Assembly: GCA_040772425.1 (NCBI GenBank)
Contig: JAXGYD010000001.1
Span: forward strand, 1,340,931 to 1,404,930
DNA: 64,000 nt
Source of the DNA: Candidatus Brevefilum sp.
GTDB taxonomy: Bacteria; Chloroflexota; Anaerolineae; Anaerolineales; Anaerolineaceae
Direction of reading: 5' to 3'
Part shown: positions 29,873 to 39,852 of the stretch, in pieces
Layout: every line of letters begins with the position of its first letter
Numbering within the stretch: the first letter of the stretch is position 1
The notes under the pieces: generated by a model
Told to the model about the DNA's origin: nothing
What the model saw: the letters and a program-made list of their open reading frames with translations, nothing else
Databases searched by the model: none
Program-made: the position numbers and the translations under genes

Positions 29873-30142
29873 TTAATCTTTCAAATCCGCAGGAAGAGAG
29901 GGAATATCAAGTTTAATCCCTTCTTGCACATTTTTTTCACTGCCCTTAAGAACTTCTTTATTCGCCTCAAGAATAATCTTCCAATATGGTGGCGTGGCAT
30001 GCTTATAATATTTCAATGCAATATCGCTAAGTGTTTCCCCAGATTTAACCGTGTGTTCCGCCAATTTAGGACCCTTTTTAACAAGTTCCTCCGCCACTTT
30101 TGCTACTTTGCTACGAAAATCTTTTTTAATTTTGTCAGCCAT
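29873..30142 (-). CDS. Small LysM domain protein
   Basis: HTVKSGETLSDIALKYY...ILEANKEVL...GIKLDIP fits a LysM fold pattern. Length is 89 aa and there is no signal peptide. Confidence 0.7.
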   Translation of the reverse strand: MADKIKKDFRSKVAKVAEELVKKGPKLAEHTVKSGETLSDIALKYYKHATPPYWKIILEANKEVLKGSEKNVQEGIKLDIPSLPADLKD

Positions 30143-30380
30143 TATTTCCCTTTCTCTTTAGGTGTGTTGATAATCTAATTGTAAATCAATTTAATTATAA
30201 ATTATAAATTTTTCGAAGAGCGCAGTTTGTATCAATTAAAATCTTTGCCATCAATCCAAGATTTGAAAACTAAACATCGTCAAAAGTTTGGAGAACTGCC
30301 GTGAATTCAAATCAATTATAGGTGTTGCTTATCTAGCACATCATCAATGAATCATTCAAAAAAATTCTTTTAGACCCCAA

Positions 30381-30415
30381 CCTTAAAATATCATTGTTTA
30401 TGTAATATTTTAAGG
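30381..30415. promoter_or_regulatory. Perfect 11-bp inverted repeat upstream of the nrdR promoter (candidate operator)
   Basis: ccttaaaatat (30381-30391) and atattttaagg (30405-30415) are separated by 13 nt. The repeat ends 20 nt upstream of the -35 element. Confidence 0.4.
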
Positions 30416-30434
30416 ATAATTCGTCGAATTTTGG

Positions 30435-30462
30435 TTGATTTTTAGAAAACCTATGTTACAAT
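30435..30462 (+). promoter_or_regulatory. Sigma-70-type promoter of nrdR-nrdJ
   Basis: TTGATT (30435-30440), a 16-nt spacer, then TACAAT (30457-30462) with a TGT extended -10 context. Two short hairpins lie in the 5' UTR. Confidence 0.55.
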
Positions 30463-30563
30463 AGATCTCTACCTTACAGGTAGGGGAGACACCATCGTTA
30501 TCCCCCACAATTGGGGGACAAAAAGCATAATTATTCATTTATAAAATTGGAAAGGGATGGTTT

Positions 30564-31019
30564 ATGCGTTGTCCTTATTGTCAGCATGAAAAATCAAAAG
30601 TGGTTGACACGACTAAAAATGCCCCTGGAGGCATCCGACGACGCCGAGAATGCTTAAATTGTGGTGAACGCTTTAGTACCTTGGAACGCCCTATTTTGGC
30701 AACGCCCCTCATCATCAAACAAGATGGCACCCGTGAGGAATTTGATCGAAACAAGTTATTGCAAGGTATCCGCATAGCCTGCGGTAAAAGACCAGTCGCA
30801 GCAGCTGATATTGAACGCCTGCTCGGTGAGATTGAATCCACCCTGCAGCGGATGGGGAAATCGGAAGTCGCTTCGAGAGTAGTGGGTGATATGGCCATCA
30901 ATGGGTTAAAAGAGTTGGATTATATCGCCTACATCCGTTACGCCTCTGTTTATTTACAAATGGATGATTTACAAGAACTTCGCTCTGAAATCGACCGTCT
31001 TTTGTCTGAAGAATCTTAG
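30564..31019 (+). CDS. nrdR: Transcriptional repressor NrdR
   Basis: Zinc ribbon MRCPYCQH...CLNCGERFST followed by an ATP-cone. Length is 151 aa. Confidence 0.95.
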   Translation: MRCPYCQHEKSKVVDTTKNAPGGIRRRRECLNCGERFSTLERPILATPLIIKQDGTREEFDRNKLLQGIRIACGKRPVAAADIERLLGEIESTLQRMGKSEVASRVVGDMAINGLKELDYIAYIRYASVYLQMDDLQELRSEIDRLLSEES

Positions 31020-31042
31020 CTAGATTAGCCTAGGAGTATAAC

Positions 31043-33625
31043 ATGCCTGATAACAGAACCGCCAGGTCATCTGGTATCTTACCCACCCCACCCTTACCTG
31101 AGGATCTCAAGAAGATCGATCTCAGTGATAACGCCCGTGAAATTCTAACGCGACGCTATCTTCGCAATGACAAAAACGGGAATCCCAAAGAGACCGCTGA
31201 AGAAATGTTCTGGCGTGTTGCCTACCACGTTGCAAAAGTGGAAGATATCTGGAGTGGAGATGTGGAAAAGCGCGCGCACGCGTTTTATACATTGTTAACT
31301 GAGAAAAGGTTCTTTCCCAATTCTCCAACCTTTACCGGCGCAGGTACCCCATTGGGTCAATTGGCCGCTTGCTTTGTTTTGCCAGTTTCTGATGACATGG
31401 GCCGCCGGGAAGACGGGATCTTTTCCACATTAAGAAACGCTGCACTCATCCAACAAACCGGCGGCGGGAATGGTTTTAGTTTTTCACGCATCCGGCCTGC
31501 CGGTTCAATCGTCAAATCATCGGCTGGCCAAGCCACAGGACCCATTGGGTTTTTACGAGTTTACGATGAGGCTTTTGGAGAAATTGCTCAAGGTGGCACC
31601 CGTCGAGGTGCCAACATGGGGGTCTTGAGAGTGGACCACCCAGATATTGAAGACTTTGTGACCTGTAAAACCAATGAAAATGCCATCACAAATTTCAATA
31701 TTTCAGTTGGGATTACCGATGAATTTATGAACGCTGTGGAAGCGGATGCTGATTGGCCGCTGCGCTTTCCAGATGAAAACGATCCTTCCTTTCGAAATTT
31801 TAATGGCGATCTTGACGACGCCCTGGCAGCAAATATGGTCATCAAAACCCATAAAACCATCAAAGCAAGAGATTTGTTTCTAAAAATTGTTAAACAAGCT
31901 CATCACAACGGCGAACCGGGTATGCTCTTCCTCGACACCGCAAACCATGATAATCCAGTCCCGCATCTGTATCGCTTAGAGTCGACCAACCCTTGTGGCG
32001 AGCAGTGGTTAGGACCCTATGAAAATTGTTGTTTGGGGTCCATTAACCTGGCTGAGCATTTTGGACCTGATAACAACGTAAACTGGGACTTATTAAGAGA
32101 AACGGTTAGACTAGCAACCGTATTTTTAGATAATGTCGTTGAAGCCAATGCCTACGTGGATGCTGTTCCGCAACTCGAAGCTGCTGCAAAAAATGCCCGC
32201 CGCATCGGATTGGGGATCATGGGCCTAGCCGATTTGCTCTATCATGCGCAAGTCCGTTATGGCAGCGAAGAGGGGCAGGAATTTGCTGCCCAAGTGATGG
32301 AATTCATCCGCTTTCATGCCATGCAAAAAAGTATTGAATTGTCGAAAGAACGTGGCCCATTTCCGGCAATTCAAGGCAGTATCTACGACCCCAAGAATCT
32401 GCAATGGCAACCACCCACACCCATTACCCCTTACCAAAACAATTTCAATCGTCCACATCTGGATTGGCAGGCAATTAATAATGGCATCAAACACCATGGA
32501 ATCAGAAACGCTGCTCAGACAACCATTGCGCCAACCGGCACCATTGGCACGGTTGCTGGGTGTGAAGGTTATGGTTGCGAACCCGTGTTTGCCCTGGCTT
32601 ATATCCGCCATGTCAATGACAATGGGAAAGACCTGCAACTTAATTACATCAGCCCCCAATTCCAAAAAGCAATAGAGAAAACTAAAATTGACCCGGAATT
32701 ACGCAAGAAAATCATCGAGCAAATCATTGCTTCGGGGACCTGCCAGCAAATTGAGGAACTACCTCAAGAGATCAAGCAAGTCTTTGTCGTTTCAGCCGAT
32801 ATCCAGGCAGAAGAGCATGTGCACATGCAAGCAGCCTTACAGGCTTTTGTGGACAACAGCCTCAGTAAAACAATCAATTTCCCGCCATCGGCGACCCCAG
32901 AAGATGTTGCAGAAGCCTTTAAGCTGGCTTGGAAATTAAAATGTAAAGGTATCACCGTCTATGTGACCGGTTCTCGTGAGCAGGTGGTCCTTGAAACCCA
33001 TAAAACTGCGAAGGAAAAAGACGCTGTTGCTGATCAAAAAGAACAACCACTTGCTGGTACCCAACTCCCCTTCTGGCAAGACCCGAAGAAACCACGCCCG
33101 CGCTATCTGAAAGGTTTTACCTATTCCATTGAAACACCCCTCGGGAAGACTTTTGTAACCGTCAACGAAAATGGTGGTGAGCAACCCTTTGAAGTCTTTA
33201 TTAACACTGCCAAGGCAGGATCTGAAACAGCAGCACACTCCGAAGCTATAGGGCGATTAATTTCTTATATTTTACGAATTTCATCGCCTATCGAACCCAG
33301 AGAACGTTTAAAAACGGTCATGGATCAACTCGGCGGCATCGGTGGTGGCCGCTCCTTAGGGTTTGGACCAAATCGAGTTCGATCACTCCCCGACGGCATT
33401 GCTAAAGCGCTTGACGAATATCTTTATGCCCGATCTCATGATCAAAATACACCCGAGGAAGATAAAAAACCTGAAGCGCTAAAACTTCCCTTATCTGGTT
33501 TGGAGTTTCATGCAGAAGTAAAAAAACGCCCTATCGGGGAACTTTGTCCGGAATGTGGTGAAGCGACCCTGATCAACGAAGAAGGCTGTCGAAAGTGCTA
33601 CACCTGCGGTTATAGCGAGTGTTAA
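31043..33625 (+). CDS. nrdJ: Class II (adenosylcobalamin-dependent) ribonucleotide reductase
   Basis: Active-site TNPCGEQ and a C-terminal CxxC...CxxC zinc finger (CPECGE...CRKCYTCG). Length is 860 aa. The active-site motif is contiguous, so no intein is present. Confidence 0.92.
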   Translation: MPDNRTARSSGILPTPPLPEDLKKIDLSDNAREILTRRYLRNDKNGNPKETAEEMFWRVAYHVAKVEDIWSGDVEKRAHAFYTLLTEKRFFPNSPTFTGAGTPLGQLAACFVLPVSDDMGRREDGIFSTLRNAALIQQTGGGNGFSFSRIRPAGSIVKSSAGQATGPIGFLRVYDEAFGEIAQGGTRRGANMGVLRVDHPDIEDFVTCKTNENAITNFNISVGITDEFMNAVEADADWPLRFPDENDPSFRNFNGDLDDALAANMVIKTHKTIKARDLFLKIVKQAHHNGEPGMLFLDTANHDNPVPHLYRLESTNPCGEQWLGPYENCCLGSINLAEHFGPDNNVNWDLLRETVRLATVFLDNVVEANAYVDAVPQLEAAAKNARRIGLGIMGLADLLYHAQVRYGSEEGQEFAAQVMEFIRFHAMQKSIELSKERGPFPAIQGSIYDPKNLQWQPPTPITPYQNNFNRPHLDWQAINNGIKHHGIRNAAQTTIAPTGTIGTVAGCEGYGCEPVFALAYIRHVNDNGKDLQLNYISPQFQKAIEKTKIDPELRKKIIEQIIASGTCQQIEELPQEIKQVFVVSADIQAEEHVHMQAALQAFVDNSLSKTINFPPSATPEDVAEAFKLAWKLKCKGITVYVTGSREQVVLETHKTAKEKDAVADQKEQPLAGTQLPFWQDPKKPRPRYLKGFTYSIETPLGKTFVTVNENGGEQPFEVFINTAKAGSETAAHSEAIGRLISYILRISSPIEPRERLKTVMDQLGGIGGGRSLGFGPNRVRSLPDGIAKALDEYLYARSHDQNTPEEDKKPEALKLPLSGLEFHAEVKKRPIGELCPECGEATLINEEGCRKCYTCGYSEC

Positions 33626-33950
33626 TACAATTAGCAAATTGAAATTGGCACTTAATCGCATCTGATAAGGCAATGACATCCATCTTAAGCTATCGTATGC
33701 TTAACAGCGCCTAGACTTCTCTCAATTATGTATTTATTGCGGTTAAGTTTCCGCCATAAAGCGTCAAATGCCACCATCACCGCACACCGACTGCTTTTCA
33801 TTAGAAAAACCGACGGCGAACGCATTTTTAAGGCCTCATCTTCCACCCCTCGTGATTATTTTTATTGATTACAACGCCGCCTTATAATCAAGCGCCAATT
33901 TCTAAAACATTATGTATAATTAAATCAAAACAATACATCACGGAGGTAAC

Positions 33951-34772
33951 ATGCAAGAAAATTGGGTCCAAAATACGATCACAGTTAACGAAGGGATCGA
34001 TTTATTCTACACGCGTACGGGTGGTGACAAACCAAAAATTGTCCTTCTCCACGGTATCACCGATAATGGCTTATGTTGGGAACAATTCGCCCATGACCTG
34101 GAAGATAAATACGACTTTATCATGTTTGATGCCTATGGCCATGGCAAATCATCCCGTATTGACCCAGAAAAGCGTTTTGATATGGTTGAAGACCTACACG
34201 AACTGATGCTCGCACTTGAGCTGAACAAACCCGGCATCATTGGACACTCCATGGGTGCAGAAGTAGCCGCTGAATTCGCCATCAAATATCCTGAAATGCT
34301 CAGTTTGCTCGTCCTTGAGGATCCATCGTGGACTGATCCGAAAGTCGAAGAAGCCCAGAGAAAAACCACCATGCAGCAAAGGAAAGAACGCAACCTTGCT
34401 GACAAGAAAAAAACCGCCAAGGAATTGGTGAAACGCCAGAAAAAGGAATCCCCTAACTGGGAAGAGGTGATTTTAGGCGAGTGGGCTCAGGCAAAATTAG
34501 ACCTCGACCCAAAATTCTTCGACCACTATCCCCTCAATCGACCCAACTGGCGAGATTTAGCCAAAGCCATCCAGGTACCCACCTTAATTGTCACTGGTGA
34601 TAACGAATTGGGCGCAATTGTAACACCAAAATTGGGCGTCGAAGCCATTCAGATCCTTAAGAAAGGTGAGTTTGGCCATATTAGCTCGGCTGGACATTGT
34701 GTGCGGTACGAACAATACCAACCCTACCTTACAATGGTCAGCTTGTTCTTAAAACGAAATATGCCGGTGTAA
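33951..34772 (+). CDS. Alpha/beta hydrolase
   Basis: LLHGITDNG and the GHSMGA nucleophile elbow, with a late GHCV histidine. RBS ACGGAGG. Confidence 0.8.
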   Translation: MQENWVQNTITVNEGIDLFYTRTGGDKPKIVLLHGITDNGLCWEQFAHDLEDKYDFIMFDAYGHGKSSRIDPEKRFDMVEDLHELMLALELNKPGIIGHSMGAEVAAEFAIKYPEMLSLLVLEDPSWTDPKVEEAQRKTTMQQRKERNLADKKKTAKELVKRQKKESPNWEEVILGEWAQAKLDLDPKFFDHYPLNRPNWRDLAKAIQVPTLIVTGDNELGAIVTPKLGVEAIQILKKGEFGHISSAGHCVRYEQYQPYLTMVSLFLKRNMPV

Positions 34773-34812
34773 GAAAAAATCATTACCGAAATTGACGAAA
34801 GCGAACGGTCTC

Positions 34813-35448
34813 ATGGCAAAACGACTGGTCTTATTGGCTGGAAATATTGGCGTCGGGAAAACCTCACTTACAGAGCGCATTGGGGAACGGTTAGGATGGA
34901 AAACAGCCTATGAATCCGTCGCTGACAACCCTTATCTGCCAGACTTCTATGAAAATATGCGCGATTGGTCCTTTCATCTGCAAATTTATTTCCTAGGCCA
35001 TCGCGCAGAACAACATATTTACCTGGCGAACCATCCCCAATCCGCTATTATTGACCGGAGCATTTACGAGGATGCGCACATTTTTGCACGGGCTTTGTAT
35101 CACATGAACAATATCCGTGAGCGCGATTATCATGCCTATTTGCGTTTATATCACCTGATCGTTGAAAATCTTCCAAAGCCAGATCTGTTAATTCTGCTGG
35201 AGGCGCCTGTGCCGATTCTTATGGAACGCATCAGGCGGCGTGCCAGGAACATTGAGACGGGCATTGACGAAGCCTATCTCTCCCTCCTGGCGCGTTTTTA
35301 TGATGAATGGATTCAAGGGTTTGATCTTTGTCCTGTGCTTACCGTCCGCAGTGATGACCTTGATTTCGTGCATAAGACAGAACATCTTGACATCGTTGTT
35401 CAACGCGTCCAGGAAAAATTAGCTGGTCATGAAGAGATGGTCTTTTAA
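34813..35448 (+). CDS. Deoxynucleoside kinase (dAK/dGK/dCK family)
   Basis: P-loop GNIGVGKTSL, then ESV..NPYL and a DRS motif (IIDRSIYED). The start is set at the ATG at 34813. Confidence 0.85.
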   Translation: MAKRLVLLAGNIGVGKTSLTERIGERLGWKTAYESVADNPYLPDFYENMRDWSFHLQIYFLGHRAEQHIYLANHPQSAIIDRSIYEDAHIFARALYHMNNIRERDYHAYLRLYHLIVENLPKPDLLILLEAPVPILMERIRRRARNIETGIDEAYLSLLARFYDEWIQGFDLCPVLTVRSDDLDFVHKTEHLDIVVQRVQEKLAGHEEMVF

Positions 35449-35558
35449 GAAATTCTAGTCGGTGAGGTCATACTTGGGGGTAATTTTACTGGGTGCAGTT
35501 CTGCAACTTTTACCGGTTTTTATCGTATTTAATGATAGAAGCACAACTTGGAGAATAC

Positions 35559-36149
35559 GTGAACGAAGAAGCGCAATGGATCGAAAAGGCTTTACAAGGT
35601 GACGACCATGCTTTTGGCATTCTGGTAGAGAACTATCAAAGGCCTGTTTTTAGTTTGTGCTATCGGATGTTAGGTAACGCAAAGGATGCAGAGGATGCAG
35701 CACAAGAGAGCTTTATCCGAGCCTATCGCCATCTTAAAAAATATGATCCATCCCGGTCATTTGCGACATGGCTGCTTTCGATCGCTTCCCATTATTGCAT
35801 TGATCGGATGCGGAAGCGGCGTTTAGCAACGGTTTCAATGGAAAGTTTACCTGCAGAAATCATCCCAGATCAAAAAGCACCAAACCCTGAGAAGGAATTG
35901 CGCTTAAATGAGCGGGAAGCCCTCATCCAGTATTTGCTCCAAAACCTAAAACCCATCGATCGAGCGGCGGTAATTTTGCGATATTGGTATGAATATTCAG
36001 AAGAAGAAATAGCGGACACCCTTGACTTGACCGTCAGCGCCGTCAAGAGCCGCCTTTATCGCTCTCGCAAATCCCTGGCTAACGCGTGGCTTTCAGTAGA
36101 AAAATCCACCATAACCGAGAGGAGGCAACATGAGTCACCAGCCTTTTGA
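35559..36149 (+). CDS. ECF-type RNA polymerase sigma-70 family factor
   Basis: Region 2 (DAEDAAQESFIRAYRHL) and region 4 (YSEEEIADTLDLTVSAVKSRLYRSRKSL). I prefer the GTG at 35559, which has GGAGA 5 nt upstream. The track ORF starts at 35493 and an ATG lies at 35532. Confidence 0.85.
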   Translation: MNEEAQWIEKALQGDDHAFGILVENYQRPVFSLCYRMLGNAKDAEDAAQESFIRAYRHLKKYDPSRSFATWLLSIASHYCIDRMRKRRLATVSMESLPAEIIPDQKAPNPEKELRLNEREALIQYLLQNLKPIDRAAVILRYWYEYSEEEIADTLDLTVSAVKSRLYRSRKSLANAWLSVEKSTITERRQHESPAF

Positions 36150-36675
36150 AGATTGGTTATTCTCAGATGAACCACTAGATACACAACAAGAACAAACCAT
36201 GCAAAACCATCTTGATGAATGTGAGCGTTGTCAGAACCTTTCTCACGCTTTAGATCAGGTTGGGGAAATCTTTGAATTCAGCACCACACCAGAACCAAGC
36301 CCTGGGTTTACTCAGCGCTGGTTTGAGAGATTGAATGTTGCGCAAGAACAACGTCAGATCAAGCGCACATGGATACTTGTTTTGAGTTTTTTCAGCATCG
36401 CATCGATTATTACAATTACCGTGGCCCTCATGAACTTTAATTCCATCAATTGGGCTTATCAGCTGAGCCAATTTATTGCGAACTTCAGCCTGATTGCCAG
36501 AAAGCTCAATCAATTTTGGCGATTCTTTCAATCAGTTGCTGATGTTTTCCCATTGGTCATTCCAATCACAATCATTATCGGGATTGGCTTACTTTCATTA
36601 ATCACTGTGTTATTCATCACCTGGTTCAGTTCATTAATTAAGATCTATAAACCTGTTGAAGAAGGAGTAAATTAG
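36130..36675 (+). CDS. Anti-sigma factor (zf-HC2 type) with TM segments
   Basis: H-x3-C-x2-C motif (HLDECERC) near the N-terminus with TM helices after it. Overlaps the sigma gene by 20 nt. RBS GAGGAGG. Confidence 0.65.
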   Translation: MSHQPFEDWLFSDEPLDTQQEQTMQNHLDECERCQNLSHALDQVGEIFEFSTTPEPSPGFTQRWFERLNVAQEQRQIKRTWILVLSFFSIASIITITVALMNFNSINWAYQLSQFIANFSLIARKLNQFWRFFQSVADVFPLVIPITIIIGIGLLSLITVLFITWFSSLIKIYKPVEEGVN

Positions 36676-36676
36676 G

Positions 36677-37780
36677 ATGAAAAATAAATATCGATTGATT
36701 ACCTTATTCATCGTTCTGTTAATTCTTGTGGGGGCAGCACCCACAGCTGTTTCGGCTGCGCCAATACAGGACGATCGCACTGTCTTTGGCGAAACCTACA
36801 CCTTAGAAAGCGGCAGAACCCTCAATGGCAACCTCAATGTCTTTGGCGGTATGGTCACCATCGAGGAGGATGCAACTGTCAACGGCAATACGTTTGTTAT
36901 GGGTGGCCTTGTAACCATCGATGGCACGATTATGGGCGACCTTGCAGCTATTGGTGGGACGGTAACCCTTGAAGATGACGCAGTTATCAAGGGCAACCTT
37001 TTTGCACCAGCTAGTTATATAAACGAGGATGAAAATGCGATCGTCGAAGGAGAACGCCGAGAGAATTGGGACATGCCTTGGGGAGAGATCACCATGCCCC
37101 GTTTCTCCCAATGGTCAACTTCTTACCGTCCAGGGATGATGATTGTCCCCACCATCAATAGGATTGGCAAAGCCATCGCATTAACCCTGGTCATGGCAGG
37201 TTTAGGCGCTTTATTGTTGCTCATCATGCCCGAATCCACCGAAAGGATGGTCAAAGCCTTGGTCGCATCACCCTGGCAGGTGCTGGGTTATGGTGCTCTA
37301 ACTGCTGTGGTGGTCTTTGTCGCAAGCCTTATCCTCACGGTTACCATCTGCCTGATACCGGTGGCTTTTCTTATCCTGTTAACCTTTGGCTTAGCAATCT
37401 TGGCAGGTTGGCTCGTTTTAGGTTATGAACTCGGTCGACGCATTCTCACTGGCATGTTCCACACAAAGTGGTCGCCAGCGCTAACGGCTTTATTTGGTAA
37501 TGCAATCCTATACCTCATTGCTAGCGGTTTAAACCTGATCCCATGTGTGGGAGGTTTTCTCGTCTTCATCGCCGTCTTTTTTGGGTTGGGCACCGTTGTT
37601 GTAACCCTGTTTGGCACAAAATCCTTTCCCAGAGATGAGGTTGCCACAGATGATGGCCAGGTTGTTTTGTTTGACAACGATAAAAATGAGGACTTAACCC
37701 CCATTGTAGATGCTCCTGAGATTACAATGCCGGATACAGAGCCAGATTTAGACGATTCAACACCAGCTCAAGAAGAATAA
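36677..37780 (+). CDS. Membrane protein with bactofilin-like (polymer-forming cytoskeletal/DUF583-like) beta-helix repeats
   Basis: Signal peptide, then repeats GNLNVFGGMVTIEEDATVNGNTFVMGGLVTIDGTIMGDLAAIGGTVTLEDDAVIKGNL. These are followed by about 5 TM helices and an acidic tail. Confidence 0.5.
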   Translation: MKNKYRLITLFIVLLILVGAAPTAVSAAPIQDDRTVFGETYTLESGRTLNGNLNVFGGMVTIEEDATVNGNTFVMGGLVTIDGTIMGDLAAIGGTVTLEDDAVIKGNLFAPASYINEDENAIVEGERRENWDMPWGEITMPRFSQWSTSYRPGMMIVPTINRIGKAIALTLVMAGLGALLLLIMPESTERMVKALVASPWQVLGYGALTAVVVFVASLILTVTICLIPVAFLILLTFGLAILAGWLVLGYELGRRILTGMFHTKWSPALTALFGNAILYLIASGLNLIPCVGGFLVFIAVFFGLGTVVVTLFGTKSFPRDEVATDDGQVVLFDNDKNEDLTPIVDAPEITMPDTEPDLDDSTPAQEE

Positions 37781-37883
37781 AACACGATCAGCAAAGTTGA
37801 ACCATTCTCTGGCTAAATTGGACCAATAAACTAACGGAAAACAATACCTAAAGATTTAATAAATAATCGTAACTGGAGGACCC

Positions 37884-38732
37884 ATGAAACTAAGACCTAT
37901 ATTAGCGAGTCTCGCACTCATTCTTGCGACCTTAGCCTGTTCACTGCAGAACATCCAAATGAAGACCATCGAAACGCAGACGGTTAATATCGCAGAGCCC
38001 ATGCCCAGTGACAATGATGTGACCGAATTGAATTTTAGGATGACGGGTGGAAAATTTTCCTTAGTTCCAGGCGCGGAAGGCTTGGTCAACGGAACGATCA
38101 CTTACAATCTTGAACAATGGGAACCAGAATTTACTCGCCGTGATAATTTCTATCAAATTCGGCAGGTCGATTCCTTTAGTTTTACAGGCATTCCATCTGG
38201 AAACATCGAAAACAACTGGAATTTTGCACTGTCCAGACAAATCCCATTGAAACTTTCCATTGAGGGCGGTGCCAGTGAAAACACCTTTGACCTGACCGGT
38301 TTACAGTTGACCGATCTAAAAATCATTCAGGGTGCCAGCGAAACCCTTGTCCGCTTTGATGTGCAAAACCCAGTGCCAATGGACACATTCATCTTTACAA
38401 CGGGTGCATCATCCGCTGAATTGTCGGGGTTAGCAAATGCTAATTTTGAGACGATGACCATGTCTGGCGGTGCCGGCGACTACACCCTTGACTTCAGCGG
38501 GACATTATCACGAGATACAACCGTCGATATCAAAGCTGGTGTGAGTAACATCAAGATCATCATCCCATCTGGAATGAATGCCACCATCAACAATTTAGGA
38601 ACCGTCACCAATATTAACACCAAGGGAACCTGGCTGTTATCCGATAATACTTATTCAACGGAAGGTAACGGTTATATGCTCACCATCAACCTCAACGTTG
38701 CAGTTGGCAATGTCAATTTATTGCATCAATAA
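37884..38732 (+). CDS. Lipoprotein with toastrack/DUF2154-like (LiaF C-terminal-like) beta-rich domain
   Basis: Lipobox LATLACS. The body is a repetitive beta-strand pattern (FDLTGLQLTDLKI, YTLDFSGTLSRDTTVDIKAGVSNIKIIIP, NVAVGNVNL). Confidence 0.5.
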   Translation: MKLRPILASLALILATLACSLQNIQMKTIETQTVNIAEPMPSDNDVTELNFRMTGGKFSLVPGAEGLVNGTITYNLEQWEPEFTRRDNFYQIRQVDSFSFTGIPSGNIENNWNFALSRQIPLKLSIEGGASENTFDLTGLQLTDLKIIQGASETLVRFDVQNPVPMDTFIFTTGASSAELSGLANANFETMTMSGGAGDYTLDFSGTLSRDTTVDIKAGVSNIKIIIPSGMNATINNLGTVTNINTKGTWLLSDNTYSTEGNGYMLTINLNVAVGNVNLLHQ

Positions 38733-38832
38733 GAAGTTGGCGTTGAATTTACATAGGATTGGTTTTTAGTCACAATCATCTTAGAAAGCGATCCAAATCC
38801 AGAAAATTTCTGGATTGGTGATTTCTAGAACG

Positions 38833-38870
38833 GGGGCTGTTTCTTAATCAGGAGCAGCCCCTTTGTAATT
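38833..38870 (+). terminator. Intrinsic terminator after the ECF operon
   Basis: ggggctg / cagcccc stem followed by tttgtaatttt. Confidence 0.6.
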
Positions 38871-38941
38871 TTATTTACATTCCTAACCCCTGTGGCAAAG
38901 AAGACCCTCCCCCAGCTTCTCTGTAAAAAAAGTGCTAAAGT

Positions 38942-38969
38942 CCCTAAATTGCAGGGAAGGAATTTAGGG
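38942..38969. repeat. Palindromic CCCTAA..TTAGGG hairpin element (copy 3)
   Basis: ccctaaatt / aatttaggg forms a 9-bp stem with a 10-nt loop. It shares its core with the hairpins at 27435 and 27504. Confidence 0.5.
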
Positions 38970-39193
38970 TTAGCTAAGAAATGATCCTAATCCAAGCTAT
39001 TAATAAAGTTTAACCGGTTCAATCCCTCCCCATTGCTTGCCAATCACGCAAAATCCTAATTTCACTCATTTATCAATCAAATATTGGAACCTTTTCGAAC
39101 ATCCACTCGTCTAGCAATTGCAAAGGTTCACTAGCAGGCAGTTTGGTTTCTAAGTTACTTGAGGCTTTCTCAACAATTCAAAAGGAGGTTGAA

Positions 39194-39607
39194 ATGTCTC
39201 GAAAATGGTTGGTTTTACTGGGGTTCCTGAGTTTGATGTTCTTATTGGTCGGATGCAAACCTGAGCCAGACATGAGCAATCCAGCATCGGTTTACTGTGA
39301 AGAAAACGGCGGCACCGTCGAAATCCGTAAAGATGAACAAGGCAATGAAATTGGATACTGTGTCTTTGAAGATGGCAGCGAATGTGAAGAATGGACCTTC
39401 TATCGCGGTGATTGCAAACCAGGCGATAGCCTCACACCGGGCGTCGGTTTGGCAAATCCAGCTTCAGTCTATTGTGAAGAGAATGGCGGCACGATTGAAA
39501 TCCGGGAAGATGATAGTGGTGGTCAGGTTGGTTATTGCATCTTCGACGATGGCAGTGAATGCGAAGAGTGGGCATTTTATCGGGGCGAATGTTCTCCTGA
39601 TAAATAA
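39194..39607 (+). CDS. Lipoprotein with two tandem DUF333 (putative hemolysin-like) Cys-rich domains
   Basis: Lipobox LLVGC. NPASVYCEENGGT.EIR.D..G...GYC.F.DGSECEEW.FYRG.C occurs twice. Strong RBS AAGGAGG ahead of the ATG at 39194. Confidence 0.7.
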   Translation: MSRKWLVLLGFLSLMFLLVGCKPEPDMSNPASVYCEENGGTVEIRKDEQGNEIGYCVFEDGSECEEWTFYRGDCKPGDSLTPGVGLANPASVYCEENGGTIEIREDDSGGQVGYCIFDDGSECEEWAFYRGECSPDK

Positions 39608-39735
39608 TAGTCTATGTAAACATACTCACATCCTCGCTATCCATCCTTCTGACCCATAAAGATGCTGAACTCAGAAAAAATCAAATGCCTAAAAGTGGTA
39701 TTTGACAAAATTGATAAACTATGATTTAATAGAAT

Positions 39736-39785
39736 TGCTCACTGGTCGGGTGCCCCCCTCACCCGTTCAGTGAGCACTTTTTTTT
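39736..39785 (+). terminator. Intrinsic terminator after the DUF333 gene
   Basis: A compound hairpin: tgctcactg..cgggtg / cacccg..cagtgagca. It is followed by eight T residues. Confidence 0.7.
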
Positions 39786-39852
39786 GCTAAGTCATCATTT
39801 CCCCATCAATGATTAACTCATATTCGTTTCAAAGCCCCCTTCAACAGACAGC

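Noticed and set aside
30463-31042. Possible cobalamin riboswitch controlling the B12-dependent nrdJ.
   Set aside because: The leader is only about 100 nt and I could not find a B12-box-like sequence. Only 23 nt separate nrdR and nrdJ.
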